64,000 bases of DNA from Azolla caroliniana. Lineage: Eukaryota > Plantae > Polypodiophyta. Numbering within the stretch: the stretch's first letter is position 1; each line of letters begins with the position of its first letter. A model generated the notes under the pieces. That model was not told the DNA's origin. It worked only from the letters and a program-made list of their open reading frames with translations, and made no database searches. The stretch lies in contig JBHGNT010000121.1 in NCBI GenBank assembly GCA_043228905.1, positions 10,960-74,959 of the forward strand, given 5' to 3'. Below are positions 34,662 to 49,427 of this stretch, piece by piece. The position numbers were made by a program, and so were the translations under genes.

Positions 34662-35216
34662 TGTTACGAGCATAGTCGTATGAACCGTAGGTCTCTAACC
34701 TTGAGGTTAGTATGAATGGGCTAATTCATAAGGAATAATCGAGTGTAAGGATTGAGTTGTTCTCAATCTTATGGTAGGAGATAACTTTAGAGTGTTTCAT
34801 CATTTGACTGCTTCTAATGAAGGAGTAAAGAGTAAGTGGAGCCTATAAAAGAAGGGTAACTACCTTCGTGAAGGCAATCATTATATTACATGGAGATTTT
34901 GAGAGTGTGGCTAAATATTCATCCAGGATCTCTGTGGATGGGTTCTCAATCGACTGGAGTCCCCCGATGAAAGCTCGATTGCCGCTTACACCGTCGCTTC
35001 TAAGGTGCCTTCCACATCGATCGTCTTCACGGCCTTGTCTAGTTCTTTATGTGGTGGCGCATTGGCTACCCGGATGAATCCTATTACCCGTAGGAGTGTA
35101 CGGGGTTGTTTAAGGGTGGAACATGATAATGTCGTTGATGTGTATGTGTAATGTATATGAGTGTGTGAGGATGAGCATGTGTATGAACACGTGCACATTT
35201 ATGTGCATGTGTAACA
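34662..35216 (+). mobile_element. Probable solo/remnant gypsy-type LTR
   Basis: Starts TGTTACGAGCAT (cf. chromovirus LTR TGTTACGGGCAT), CCTATAAAAG, ends ..GTAACA; no TSD found. Confidence 0.4.
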
Positions 35217-35331
35217 GTCATATTATGTAACAGTTACATTTGAGGTACTAAATAAACCCCTTATGGGGTATGTAATGAATATAGATTTTTCCGCTCTCAT
35301 TTTGCGACATTCTTTGTTTCTTCTCTCTCAT

Positions 35332-35391
<60 letters not shown>

Positions 35392-37094
35392 CCCCTTGGG
35401 AGGGGGTTGGATCCATTCATGGCTTCACCCCTCACCCATAAACAAATCCTTTGAACCCGTTCTTCTGGAACCAGTCCTTTGCTTCTGATGTGAGCGCCAT
35501 GGGTTCTGCATTTGGATCACTCCGGACAAGAGTTGTTTGTGCTTTGACGGTATTTTGAGTTGCTCTCACTCTATGCTCTCAAAAGTTTTCTGTCTCTAAA
35601 TGAGATCCCTTCTTGCTTCCGGTATCCTTGTATGCCCATCTCTCTCTGCATCCTCTGTCCATGCGTCACCACCTATTTTTGGTTCCCACGCTTGCACGTC
35701 GTGGATAAATATAGCATGATTAGGACGTTTGATGTTCATTAAATAGCCAGTTGACATGTCTTTCAACTCTCTTCTCCATCATTGACATTTGAAATCTTGT
35801 ATTTTAATTTATTTTTTTCCTCTCATACATTCAGTGTACAACGTAATCACTTGCTGCCTCCTGCTACCGTAGATTCCTCCGACTCCGACTGGTTCTGCTG
35901 GCTTTCCGGCCCGGTGTTGCCTGGTTCCTTGCCAATAGCATCGCCTCTCCGGATGGTCGGAGCATCCGGTTGGCCTCCGGTGTCTCCTGTCTCGGTCTCT
36001 TGGTTTTCACCGTACTGCTCCGGAATGGCCGACTCAGCCATATGTCTCAAGCCGGACTTGATCGGCTAATGGCAATCGACTACATCTTGAATCTCCAGTC
36101 GAAGACGGACTTCTGCGAGCATTGTCGTTACAGGAAACAGACCCAAAGTCCGCACTCTCTCCATTACGAGACGATATGATGCAAGCACAACAACCTATAT
36201 CCAGTAATGACAATCAATCTAGAGGGCACAATGAACATAGTCGAATCGCTAGATTCGAACTTATGGCATGGCCGAGCCGACCATATGTCTTAAATCGGAC
36301 TTGATTGGCTAATGGTGATCGGCTACATCCTGAATCTCCAGTCGAAGATGGACTTCTGTGAGCATTTTCATTAAAGAATATAGACCCGAAGTCCACACTC
36401 TCTCCATTACGAGATGATAAGATAGCCCCTAGAACTGGTCCACACATATATACATGGGCCGATGCCCGGAATGTCACTAGAAGGCTCCTGGTACTTCATC
36501 ACATTCGTAGATGACTGTACACAGAAGATCTGGGCCTACTCGATTAGTCAAAAGATGAAGCACTCGAGGTCTTCTCTCGGTGGTTATCCGAAGTGGAGAA
36601 TCGATCAGAGTAAAGACACTCTGGTTTGACAATGGAGGTGAATACATCTCCCCAACCTTCAAACAGTACCTGCCCGACAAAGGGATCCGGCATCAAAAGA
36701 ATGTGCCCTATACCCCCATACATAATAGCGTGGCGGAAAGGATCAACCGAATGATTCAAGAGAGAGTGTCCGCAATGCTCCAACAATCCAGATTGAAGCT
36801 AGATTTATGGGCTGAAGCATTGCATATGGCAGTGTACTTGATAATTTTGTCGCCGTCGAGAATAATACGACTTGAAGTGCCACATGCACTATGGTTAGGC
36901 AAACAACCGACCTACAACAGGCTTCGTATATTCAGATGCAAAGCCTATGCATTCATCCCCAGGGATAAAAGGACCACGTTGGCACCCCATGCACTTAAAT
37001 GTATATTTCTCGGTTATGGAACCAATGGGGACTTTGGATATCGGTTATGGGACCTAGAGAACCGTAAATTGATCTGGAGTAGTGATGTTGTCTT

Positions 37095-40000
37095 TGTCGA
37101 ATACAAGTGTATAATGGACATATTCACACTATCCCTTTGTATAGATCAAGTTTGGGCCATTTGTGTAATTAGCATAAATGGTAGTTGCCCTAAGTCGGTC
37201 ACTATATATATTGACCTTGTAACCTTTTGTAAGGTTGGTTGTATTGTTGTTTTTCTATTGAATAGAAAGACTCTTTTGTGCCTCTCTCTCTCTCTCTCTC
37301 TGTGCACGATCTTAGAGACTGTCATACGCAGGTACTCAACACGAATCGAATGCTATCAGATCTTCCGCATTGACGGCCTTTGTCTTCAACATCTGGTATC
37401 AGAGCCTGCACAGTATTCGGTCCCTCAACCCGCTGTCGGCCGTCGTCTCAGCCTGCACAACATTCGGTTTCTAGCGTCATTCGAAGAAGAGAGAAGAAGA
37501 AGAAAAACGAGGCTTGCATCTCATCGCGTTAGATCATCTTCGCTTGGAGTAAGCCAGCCGGTTGTACTCTGTTCCTTGTGATCGTAACCGCTCGAGGTGA
37601 AATCCCCTTGTGCAACATTGACACGATCGTGCTCCACTCGGTTAAACGGCATCCGAAGAGGTCATCAAACGCTGCTCGCAGCTCATTGTTACCACTCGGT
37701 GCAGATCGGTCTCAAGACAACAACCCAAATTCGTGCTTCATCCGGCTGATCGACATTCGGGAGGATCAGTTGGATCTGTCTCTCTCGTCGCTGCAGTCAC
37801 CCGAAGCAGAATCGGTCCAGACAATCGGGTTCAATAATCGGTATTTGGCATATATATTCGGAAGCGAACCGGGCTCACTCCGACTCGGCAACATTCGGGA
37901 AGACCAGTCGGTTCTGTCCCTCAAGTTACCGGAGTCAATTCGAGCAAGTTCAACAATACATATATCCGAAGCCGAACCGACTCGGGTTCAAATCCGACTA
38001 GAACGATATCGGGTGAGCCAACCGGCTGCACTCCAACAAGGTTCATAGTCAACTCCGAACCGAGCTTCGTCAACCGAAACCAAATTTGATGGCATCAACA
38101 TCCGGCTCGTCAGAAATGAGTCTACGAAAGTTCGATGGATCGAACTTCAACTTCTGGAAGGAGCAAATGCAGGACTATCTCATAGTCAAGGGGCAAATCG
38201 ATCCCATCGAAAATGAAGAACCTCCAGAAGGATACAAACCAATTGAGTGGCAGAAGCTGGACAGAATCGTCCGCGCCACGATTCGGATGCACCTATCGGA
38301 ATCGGTATACTTTACGGTGCAATCGTGTACGACAGCATTCGAACTGTGGAAAACACTGTCGGACACTTACGAAAAGAAGGTCGCTGCAACAAAGATGTTT
38401 CTGATCCGGCGCCTCTACAACTTGCGGATGAAAGAATCAGATTCGGTTCAAGCACATCTCAATGAGTACGAAAGCATAAGCTCCCAAATCTCATCTCAGG
38501 GGACGGCAATCGAGGATGAACTCAGAGCAATGATACTCATGAGCAGCCTTCCCTCATCATGGGAAACTTTCGTCACAACCGTGTGCAACGCGTCAACCAC
38601 GGCTGTTAAATACTCCGAAGTCACGAGCGCAATCCTGACCGAAGCAGCTCGGAGAAAGTCTTTCGCCAAAGACTCAACAGACGGCGCTTATGTAGTACAA
38701 GGTTCGACAGACCGATCGAACATACGAGGAAGAGATTCCTCACGGCAGCCGAACAATCAGCGAAGACGGAGCCAGTCACGGGATAATCGAATCTGCAACT
38801 ATTGCAAGAAACCCGGACACGTCAAAGCCGACTGCCGCGCACTCAAGAACAAGAACGACAAGTCTCAGAAATCAGACAAGAAGAGTGGCCGGCATGAGGA
38901 GATCAATTACGTCAGCTTCTCAGCTGATGTGCTACCAAACGACCCGAATATACTATCAATCGAAAATCCAGTCGGATCAGAAGTTCTGCTCACGACTGAA
39001 GAATCGAGCACATGGCTCTTAGATTCGGGCGCGTCATTTCACGTGACTCCTCATCGATCCCAATTTCGGCAATATACGATCCGTCACTCCGACTCAGTTC
39101 GAGTCGGCAACTCGCAACACTGTGACATCATTGGAATCGGCACAGTAGAGCTCAACCTTGCAAGTGGCTCTACACTTGTACTTCACAATGTCCGACATGT
39201 ACCCGAGCTCTCAAGGCCATTGATCTCAGTCGGACAACTAGATGAAGACGGCATTCGTGCCGGTTTTTCTTCGGGAGGGTGGACACTCCACAGGGGGAAC
39301 CTCCTGCTTGCTAGAGGACCCAAGATACACTCACTGTATCCGTTACATGTTACGCTCAGAGAGGGTAACCTGTTTTTGGTGGATATTCCTGTGTCATCAC
39401 TATGGCACAGAAGATTAGGACACCTCAGCAAGGCCGGCATTACGCACCTATCTAGAGCCGGATACATCCCTAAACTCTCCTTCTCGGACCATCAATTCTG
39501 CGAACATTGCCAGTATGGCAAACAAGCAGCCGCATCACACCCGACATCAGCACCAAGAGAAACGAGACCTCTCGATTTAGTCCACTCGGACGTCTGTGGC
39601 CCGATGCCGCATCAGTCTCTCGGTGGTGCCTCTTACTTCGTCAGTTTTATTGACGATTCGACTCGAAAGGTGTGGGCTTATCCAATTCGCACCAAAGATC
39701 GTGTCTTCTCGATCTTCTCCGATTGGCTCGCTATGGTAGAAAATCAAACTGACCGAAAACTGAAATGCTTTTGGACCGACAATGGGGGAGAGTTCAAATC
39801 AGAAGAATTCGTCAAATTCTGCCGACAACGCGGCATCCGACGTGAATTTACGGCACCACACAGTCCGGAGCAAAACGGGATTGCAGAACGCATGAATCGG
39901 ACAATCCAAGAACGGATAGTTTCCATGCTCCAACACTCCGGACTGTCGGATGGCTTCTGGGCAGAGGCTCTACTCACGGCAGTACACATAATCAATATGT

Positions 40001-42613
40001 CGCCAAGCAGACCTCTAGGACTTCAAATTCCTCAGGAACTATGGATCGGCAGTAAGCCGAATTACGACAAGCTGAGGATCTTCGGATGCGAGGCATACGC
40101 CCTTATTCCGAGAGATGATCGCCGAAAACTTGCACCTCGGTCCAGGAAATGCATTTTCCTTGGATATGGATCAGACGGCAAAATGGGATACCGACTTTGG
40201 GACCCCGAACGCAGACAAATCGTTCGAAGTTCGGACGTTGTGTTCAACGAGTCGGCTATGAATCCATCAGTCGAAAAACCGATCGAAGTCCGAAGGGTAA
40301 CATTTTCCGATGTGCCGACCCTTCAAGAAGGCCCCGCTCTTGACACACGGTCAGCTTCACGGGTAGCTGAACCTTACACCACCGACTCGGACAACTCCGA
40401 CTCGGCACAACAGAATAATTCGCTTTCGGACCATCCGACCTCGATACCCGATGCGACCAGTGCAATCATACCTCGACGATCCGAGAGACTGTCGCAACCT
40501 CCGGAGAGGTATTCTCCTAGAATTTTCTTCACCGACGCCGGCGAACCGACGTCTTACGAAGAAGCATCGACATCTGTTGATTCAGCCACCTGGCATCTGG
40601 CGATGGAGTCGGAAATGCACTCCATTCGGGCAAACAAGACCTGGGATCTGGTCGAACCACCTAAGAATCGACGTGCTCTTCCTTGCAAGTGGGTTTATCG
40701 ACTAAAAGAGACGTCTGATTCGACCACCCCAAAGTACAAGGCCAGATTAGTTGCGAAGGGCTTCCGACAAGAATATGGCGTCGACTTCGACGAGATTTTT
40801 TCACCAGTGGTGAAAATGACAACCCTTCGTTTTCTGCTCGGCGTAGTGGCAGCCGACAACTTGGAGCTGATTCAGCTAGATGTCAAAACAGCCTTCCTCC
40901 ATGGTGATCTTGAAGAGGAAATTTATATGGAACAGCCAAAAGGCTTCGTGGCAACTGGCTAAGAACATCTAGTCTGCCGACTCAGGAAGAGTCTATACGG
41001 CCTCAAACAGGCACCGCGACAATGGTACAAGAAGTTCGACGACTTCATCCAATCGATCGGCTTCTCAAAAAGCGATGAGGACCATTGTCTTTTTACCAAC
41101 ACAGCTCAAGATGGATCACCCATCTTCCTCATCATTTACGTGGACGACATGCTAATTTCTGGACGCCACGCGGGCGAACTTGCCGATCTCATTCGGCAAC
41201 TGCGGTTGAAGTTTGCCATGAAGGACCTCGGTCCGGCACGACACATACTTGGCATGAAGATTAGTCGGCATCGTGATAAACGACATCTTTTTTTGTCTCA
41301 GACCGACTATATCGGACGTGTCTTGGAACGCTTCAACATGCAATCAGCCAAATCTGCTTCAACCCCGCTCCCCATGAATCTTCGGCTCTCTCAGCGAGAC
41401 TGCCCGACATCCGGTCCGGAGGGGGAAGATATGAAGTCGGTACCGTATGCACCGGCAGTCGGCTCCCTTATGTACCTGATGGTCACGACACGGCCTGATA
41501 TTTCTCATGCCGTAGGAGTTGTTAGCAGATTTATGCACAATCCTGGCCGATCGCATTGGAACGCAGTCAAGCATGTGTTCAAATATCTGGCTGGCACAAA
41601 AGATCACGACATTCTTTTCGGTCCGAACTCAACCTCAGGCGTAGTCGGTTACACCGACTCGGACTTTGCCGGCTGTATAGACAGTCGGAAATCAACAACC
41701 GGATACTGCTTCAAATTCGGCAATGGAGCAATTTCGTGGAAGTCGAAACTTCAGGAGTGCACAACGACCTCAACGACCGAAGCAGAATATGTAGCTGCGT
41801 CCGACGCTGCAAAAGAAGCTTTGTGGCTCGGCCGACTGGCGCACACGTTTCGACAAGTCGACCATGACTCGGCCCCAGTTGTCTATAGCGACAGTCAAGG
41901 TGCTGTTGCCTTGTCGAAAAATCCGGTTCACCACAACGCCTCCAAACATATCGACGTTCGATATCACTTCGTTCGGGACTGCGTCATTTCAGGGAAAATC
42001 GGTCTAAAGAAAATATCCACAACCGACAATGTCGCAGATGGAATGACCAAGTGTCTTTCGGCAGACCGCTTTCGGTCCCTTCGGCATCAGATGGGCGTAA
42101 CGACAAACCAGTCCGGTTAGAGCCGGACACAGCGCAGGATGGTTTCAGACAACCGACATCAGTTCCCTAATGATCGGCTTCAACTCTTCCGACCCGACCA
42201 GTCCGGTCTTCTGCCTTCGGACCCTGCCGACTCGAACAAAACTGATATGTCCGAGAACCTAGGTTTATACCTGTAATCTTAGATAACCCATGTATACGCC
42301 CATTACGGGGGAGTGTCGAATACAAGTGTATAATGGACGTATTCACACTATCCCTTTGTATAGATCAAGTTTGGGCCATTTGTGTAATTAGCATAAATGG
42401 TAGTTGCCCTAAGTCGGTCACTATATATATTGACCTTGTAACCTTTTTGTAAGGTTGGTTGTATTGTTGTTTTTCTATTGAATAGAAAGACTCTTTTGTG
42501 CCTCTCTCTCTCTCTCTCTCTCTGTGCACGATCTTAGAGACTGTCATACGCAGGTACTCAACACGAATCGAATGCTATCAGATCTTCCGCAATGACGGCC
42601 TTTGTCTTCAACA
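37095..42613 (+). mobile_element. Ty1/copia LTR retrotransposon D (Tork/Tnt1-like), young
   Basis: Nearly identical LTRs 37095-37391 and 42314-42613, TSD GTCTT, PBS TGGTATCAGAGCC 37394-37406, PPT GGGGGAG 42307-42313. Confidence 0.98.
38089..42120 (+). pseudogene. Copia D gag-pol, single frame with one premature TAA
   Basis: KFDGSNFNFWK gag, CNYCKKPGHVKADC, WLLDSGAS, HSDVCGP, IYVDDML, YTDSDF; only lesion seen is TAA at 40960-40962, frame continues to 42120. Confidence 0.95.
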
Positions 42614-44127
42614 GTCTTCAATGAAGACTCAATTCTCTCTGAATGAAACCAACTGAAAAAGGTCGGCAAAAAGGTCTCCGTCGACATTGACAGAGATGTC
42701 GTAGAAGGACCGACCCACCGGGCTGAATAAGAATGAGGTCCACTAGTCGAAATTGTTTCGATTAGAAGATTGACAAGAATTGAAAAGGACAAAGTTGAAT
42801 TGACCAACTTGCCAAAATAGGCTAAGGTACCGAAAGACTGAACGAACTGAGCAAGGCACCAACCCCTCAGTCAATCGATTTCGAAGACGGGGATGAAATC
42901 CTATTTAAGGGGCAAGTCATCCAAAATGACTCCTGAAGATGGTTCAAGAAATACCAATCAACCGACAGAGATGATAGAAGAATCCGAGCCAAACCACTCG
43001 GCACCTAGGAGATCCAGACGAGTCCAAAGGCTGACAAAGTTTTATCAACCGGGCATCGACTACGTTAACTACACGGATGCAGGTGTACCCAACTCCTATG
43101 AGGATGTTGTGGTTGCACCGGATGTCAAGACATGGCTACAAGACATGAGATCCGAGATGGACTCGATCAAGGAAAATAAGACATGGGAGTTGGTCAAATT
43201 ACCAGCCGGGAAGGAAGCCGTTACTATGAAAATGGGTCTACTGATATAGGTATGTATCCGGTTCGGAATGACCCAAATATAAAGTTCGGCTCGTTGCCAA
43301 AGGTTTCAAACAGGAACATGGGGTCGACTATGATGAAATCTTTTCACTTGTAGTCAAGATGACTACCCTTCAACTCCTACTCGAGTTGTGGCAACAAAAG
43401 ACCTACACCTCAAGCAACTAAACGTAAAGACGACATTCCTACATGGAGACTTGGAAGAAGACATCTATTTGTCTCAACCCGCAGGTTTCATGACGACGGG
43501 GGATGAAGGTCACCTCGTATGCCGACTAAAGAAAAGCCTTTATGGCTTAAAACAAGCGATGCATGAGGATGTGGTACCAGAAGTTCGACTCCTACGTTAG
43601 GCAGTTTGGTTACAGTTGGTCCGACTCCGACCCGTGTATGTATATTCAGAAATTGGGCGATGAGTCCTGGATATACCTGATCCTATATGTCGACGACATG
43701 CTCATTGCCGGAAGCAAATCAAGAAGAGATAGGAGAACTAAAGTGGAGCCTTCATGACAAGTTTGTGATGAAGGAACTCAGACAAGCCCGACGCATACTG
43801 GGCATGAGGATAGAGCGAAGTCGGACAGCAAAGACCCTCCTCCGGCTCTCTCAGTCCGACTACATCCAAAAGGTACTAAGGTGCTTCAATATGGAGAATG
43901 CGAAGCCAGCACCAAAACCGCTCCTGACATCGCACTGAATATCGGACATAAACTCTCCATCCACAAAAGATGAGAGAAAGCTCATGAGTAGAATACCCTA
44001 TGCATCAGCCGCAGGAACTATCATGTACACAATGGTGGTGACCCGGCCCGACCTTACATATGTCATAGTGATCATCAATTGCTACATGTCAAAACTTGGA
44101 CGAAAGCACAAGGAGGTTGTAAAGAAC

Positions 44128-44420
44128 TGTTGATAATCACACTCAACTTCTCGTGAGTGGGAACACACTCTAGGATACTCAAGTGTGTGAACACCCCACC
44201 TCCTTGTATAGTAACTAGTGTGTCATAGAAGTTAATGTCCTATGACACATATTCTTTAAGTAGTTAAGATACGACCTCTTTCCCAAGAGGCGGTACTCTA
44301 GTGAGAGAACTTAGAGAGAAGGTGACTACATGAGCACCCTCTCTCTCTCTCTCTCTTTGTAACGTTGTTGGTCATTCTTGCTTTTTGTGTAATACAATTT
44401 TCTAATTCTCTGTAATCGTG

Positions 44421-44462
<42 letters not shown>

Positions 44463-47400
44463 ACAGACACACACACACAATTCTTCCGTTGCACAGAATC
44501 CATTCGATTCTTTACATGGTATTAGAGCATGGTTGCTTGATTGAAGCTCATCGCCTCTGCGCGTTCAGCAAGAACCGACTGATCGTTGTAGCAACAATCT
44601 ACACAATTCGCATCAAGAAGAAGAAGAAGAAGCTCGACATGAACACACATATGGGAAGCGCTCTTCCTACCGAAAAGCTCGACAGAAACAACTTTGCATC
44701 TTGGGAGTATAAGATGCACCAATACCTTGTCGGCCAAGGCTATTGGAGTTATGTCGAAGGGCCAAACGAAAATCAACTCAACCCAACACATGCCGACTAC
44801 CCAGCTTGGGAGCAAGCGGCGAGTCATGTGTTGTAATGTCTTGCATCATGCGTCCATGATCACATGCGTCCATGATCACATGCTCGGCTACATCCGAGAG
44901 GCCAAAATGCCGGAGGTGTGGGGGAACCTCAAGAAGATTTTCGCGGCCAACACGACCGCAAGAAAGCTTCAACTCCGTCAAGAGTTGAATGGTATACAAT
45001 AGAGGGACATGTCAATCGGCAACTACACTTTGAAGATCAAGGAGTTGTGTGATGCCCTTGGGTCGATCAATGTTAGCATTGATGATGATGAAATGGTGCA
45101 GATTTGCCTCGGTTCGGTTCGGAGCCATTCGGTCAACTATGCCTTGCGAGGGAGAATCCTCCCTCCTTCGATCTCCAGTCGATGTTGCTGGTTGAGGAGA
45201 ATCATGTTCGAACAAGAAGCAATGCGCAAGATGGACAAATGCTCTATTCGAACTTCGATGGAGGAAGAGGACAAGGTCAGGGAAGAAGAGGTTGATTCGG
45301 TCAAGGCCGAGACAACCAAGAGCAACCCCGAGAACATAACTTCTATTACCGACAAGTGTTGAACGTGTGAGGCGGAGCGTCCGGAAGAAGGGGGAGTGAT
45401 CAAGCCGGACCCAACCGACAAAACAATCCCGCTCAATGTGGATACTGTAGTAAATTCGGCCACTATGAGGCAGAGTGTCGGAAAAAGAAGAGTGAGTCGG
45501 CCTCCACAAACCGACGACTCACAAACTACGCCTCCAACTCCGACTACGACAATTGTGGTGGAATGTTTGTGATGAGGCACAAAGCAAACTCAATGATAGC
45601 CTCCAACCCAACCAACTCAACATACCTGGATCTACCCTATGCGGCGGAAGAGAGAAGTGTTCAAACACTTTCAAAGGTTCAAAAATGAAGTCGAAAAGGC
45701 AACCGGTCAGCATGTCAGATGCCTTCAATCGGACGGAGGCAAAGAGTACTTCTCTAACGCCTTTACAGCATACCTTCGACAAGAAGGAATTCGGTGAGAG
45801 TTTACCTGCTGACACACACCTTAGCAGAATGCAGTAGCCAAACGCAAGAATCGGCACATACTCGGGGTGGCAAGGGCAATGATGAACGAGAAACATCTGC
45901 CAAAATCATATTGGGTTGAAGCGGCGAATACGACCCTTTATCTTATGAATTGTTGCACAACATCAGAAGTGCACAAAGTTACCCCCTGCGAAAAGATCTA
46001 TGGGAGGAAACTGGACCTATCTCATGTCAGGATATTTGGTTCAATTGCATATGTAATATTCCCAACGAGAAGCGGCAGAAGGTCAATCCCAAGTCAGAGA
46101 AATGTATACTCGTAGGGTACTCACTTGAGCAAAAAGGGTACAAGTGCTTCAACCCTTCCACCAAGAAGGTAAGAGTGAGTAGTGATGTAGTATTCGACGA
46201 GTCAACATCTAGGTATACAGTCGAATCAACTCCATCCTCCACAGTCGAAACTGAGTTCGACACAGATGCAGAGGAAAATGATCGATTGAGGCCCACATCA
46301 GAGGAAAGTCCAATCTCAACTAGTTTGAGTGGACCACAAGAGCCTCCAAGCGACCAAAGTATGTCGTGGCCGAGTCCGAGTCCGAAACAGGACAAAGGAA
46401 AGGCCAAAATTCATGAGTACAAAGACTTAATTGGAAATGAATTGACTCACTTATCCGAAAGTGAGTTTGGTAGATTGGATGTGCCCATCATGAGGACACC
46501 AAGAGAACCACGTTGATCCACCCGAGAAAAGAACGTAGTCAGCCAATTCGGCTACAACGACTACATGGCATATCATTATGCATTCATGATGGTGTCGATA
46601 GTCCGAGAACCGGAAAACTATTCCGAAGCCACGACAGACCCTAGATGGGTCAAAGCGATGAATGAGGAGATGCAAGCACTCTCCAAGAACGAGACATGGG
46701 ATCTCCTCCCTTCTTCACACCACTAAAAGGCAATTGGATGTCGGTGGATCTTCAAAGTGAAGCACAACGCCGACGACACTGTCAAACAGTACAAAGCCCG
46801 GCTTGTGGCGAAGGGCTACGCACAGATGCACGGTGTCAACTGCAAAGAGACCTTTGCCCTGGTGGCAAAGATGATTACAATTCGAACCATGATCGCGCTT
46901 GCAACAACAAAAGGGTGGCATCTCCACCAAATGGACGTAAAGATCGCCTTTCTACAAGGCGAGTTAGACGAAGAGTTCTACATGGTTCAACCACCCGAAT
47001 TCGTGTCGACTACGCAACAATTGTCTGCTGACTCAAAAATCCTCTTTATGGCCTCAAGTAGGCACCTAAAGCTTGGCACTCGAACATAACCCAATATCTT
47101 CATCAAATCGGTTTCAACATGTCCAAGTTCGACAACTCTCTGTTCATCCGGAGCGACTCCAGAGGACAGGTATTTATTATTTATGTGGATGACTTGGTCT
47201 TAGGAGGAGAGCATTTAGCGGATATTGAGCACATCAAGAAGCTCCTCTCCAAACGATTCGAAATGACCGATATGAAGGAAGTTAGGAACTCTATTACTTT
47301 CTAGGAATAGAAGTAATTCAGATAGCATCATGCTTTCTCAAAAGCACTATATCCTCAATCTTCTTTACAAGTTTGGGATGACACAGTGTAAGCCTGTCAC

Positions 47401-48676
47401 CACTCCTCCCGATCGAAATCTAAAGCTAGATGTTGACTCAAGCACTAGAGAGTGTGAGCCAACGCATTATTGTCAACTAGTTGGAAGCCTCATCTACCTC
47501 ACAATTACTAGACGTGACCTGAGTTACCCGGTGGGCCTCCTTAGCTAGTTCATGCAAACTCCATGAGATATCCATCTTGACTATGCTAGGCAAGTCCTAA
47601 GGTATGTGAATGGAACCATGGAGTTCGGCATCCTTTACAAATTGGCCACACAGATACGACTCCAAAGATATACTAATGTTGATTGGGCCGACTACAGAGC
47701 CGACCGACGATCGACATCCAATTTTTTTTTCTCTCTCGGGGGTGACGCCATAACGTGGAGTAGTAAGAAACAACCGACAATCGCACTATCGAGCACTGAA
47801 GCCGAATACAGGGGCGCGGCCTTAGCCGCATGTGAAGCCGTTTGGCTCAAGAGAATCCTAAAGGATCCGAGTGTTCCCATCAAGGATTCAATTCTCCTCT
47901 ATTGTGACAACATGAGCAGTATCCACCTCGCTCAAATCCCAGTCTTCCATGCTCGGACTAAGCACATCGAAGTGCACTATCACTTCATCCGAGAGTGTGT
48001 TCTGGCCGGGGATGTCGACCTACAACATATCAACACAAACCTACAGATAACTGACATCTTCACCAAGGCCCTAGGAGTCGACAAGCTACGACAGTTCACG
48101 ACGAACCTGGGTCTTTCGACCATTGACCAACCAAGCTTGAGGGGGAGTAAGGAGCAGGGGTGTATTGGGCAGGAGTGAACCGGTCATCCGAAGCCGGAGT
48201 CGACTCAAAGCCGACCTGAAGACCAGTCTGAATGAACCATCCAATGATCGGAAGTTGTGTTTGAAGGGGCATGTTGAGAATCAAACTCAACTTCTCGTGA
48301 GTGGGAACACACTCTAGGATACTCAAGTGTGTGAACACCCCACCTCCTTGTATAGTAAGGAGTGTTTCATAGAAGTTAATGTCCTATTACACATATTCTT
48401 GAAGTAGTTAAGACACGACCTACTAGTGAGAGAACTTAGAGAGAAGGCAACTACATAAGCACTCTCTCTCTTTGTAACGTTATTGGTCATTCTTGCTTTT
48501 TGTGTAATACAATTTTCTGATTCTCTGTAATCGTGAGATCTCTCTCTCTTTGTAACGTTGTTGGTCATTCTTGATATCTATGTAATACAGTTTTCTGGTT
48601 CTCTGTAATTGTGAGCTCTCTCTCTACACACACACACACAATTCTTCCATTACATAGAATCCATCCGATTCTCCAC
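44128..48676 (+). mobile_element. Ty1/copia LTR retrotransposon E (copia A clade), decayed with internal deletion
   Basis: LTRs 44128-44516 and 48272-~48676, PBS TGGTATTAGAGC 44517, gag LPTEKLDRNNFASW, protease/early integrase deleted near 45620, RT/RNase H with many stops; left flank AGAAC not repeated on the right. Confidence 0.9.
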
Positions 48677-49427
48677 TTCAAGAGATTTGAACACCCTATG
48701 TACTCTCTATTGTTCGACTTTCAACGGCAACATGCACCTGAGCGGAATCGGTGCACCGGAGCGTAGGAACCGTCCACAAGCGGAATTGGTGCACCGGAGC
48801 GTAGGAACCGGCTCTTCATGCACGTACGGCTTATGTTGTACATAGAAGATCCTAGGTAGGTAGATTCGGTAGGTAGGAAGTTAATGGGAAACGGCTCCTT
48901 CCTTGCCTATAAAAGGAGGGAGACGAGGAAGGGGGAACGGATCGCGGAATCAGAGAGGACGAAGTGCTGTCGGGTTGTCGGTCGAAGGCTTCTCTCTTTT
49001 CAATACTCCGTAGCTTCTTTCTGTGCAGGATTTCAGGAGGCTCGCGCTGCTCTGAGGAATGCCCGAGTGCTTCCGGCAGCACCTCCAACCTACTTCTTTC
49101 CTTTTGAGCGTTTACGAACAGGCATCGGCATCTGTTCGCCGGCCTGTTTGGTTGTAACTGACTTCGTGCTTCTTGTTGTTTGTCTCTGTTAATATATACA
49201 TACATACTTTTGTGCCTCTCTGTGTTGGTTTCCTCGCTCGCGTCTTCGTGTCGAAGGGCCGTGTCCTTGTGGATCTACGCTCGCACGTAGTGGGTCCCTT
49301 CCCTTCTCCTTTCTCTCTTGCTCTTCGGTACAAGACCCCCGAGGTCCCGCCTCATTCCACGCATCCGCGAGGAATACCTCGACATCTTGGTGAACCCGAC
49401 GTGAAAGAGGCGGCAGAAGAGCAGAAG

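Larger units (their letters stand above)
35235..44127 (+). mobile_element. Old Tork-like copia remnant hosting copia D and copia E
   Basis: Integrase pieces 36000-37094 (FCEHC, WFDNGGEY, SVAERINR, YRLWD..SSDVVF) resume at 42619 (NEDS) and run through RT (ILYVDDML) to 44127. Confidence 0.8.

Noticed and set aside
36580-38048. 333-aa and 156-aa ORFs as host genes
   Set aside because: The first is old integrase reading through into the copia D LTR; the second is copia D leader with no ATG or recognisable domain.
40960-40962. Programmed readthrough in copia D
   Set aside because: The stop is in the middle of RT, has no readthrough context and fits a C>T mutation.
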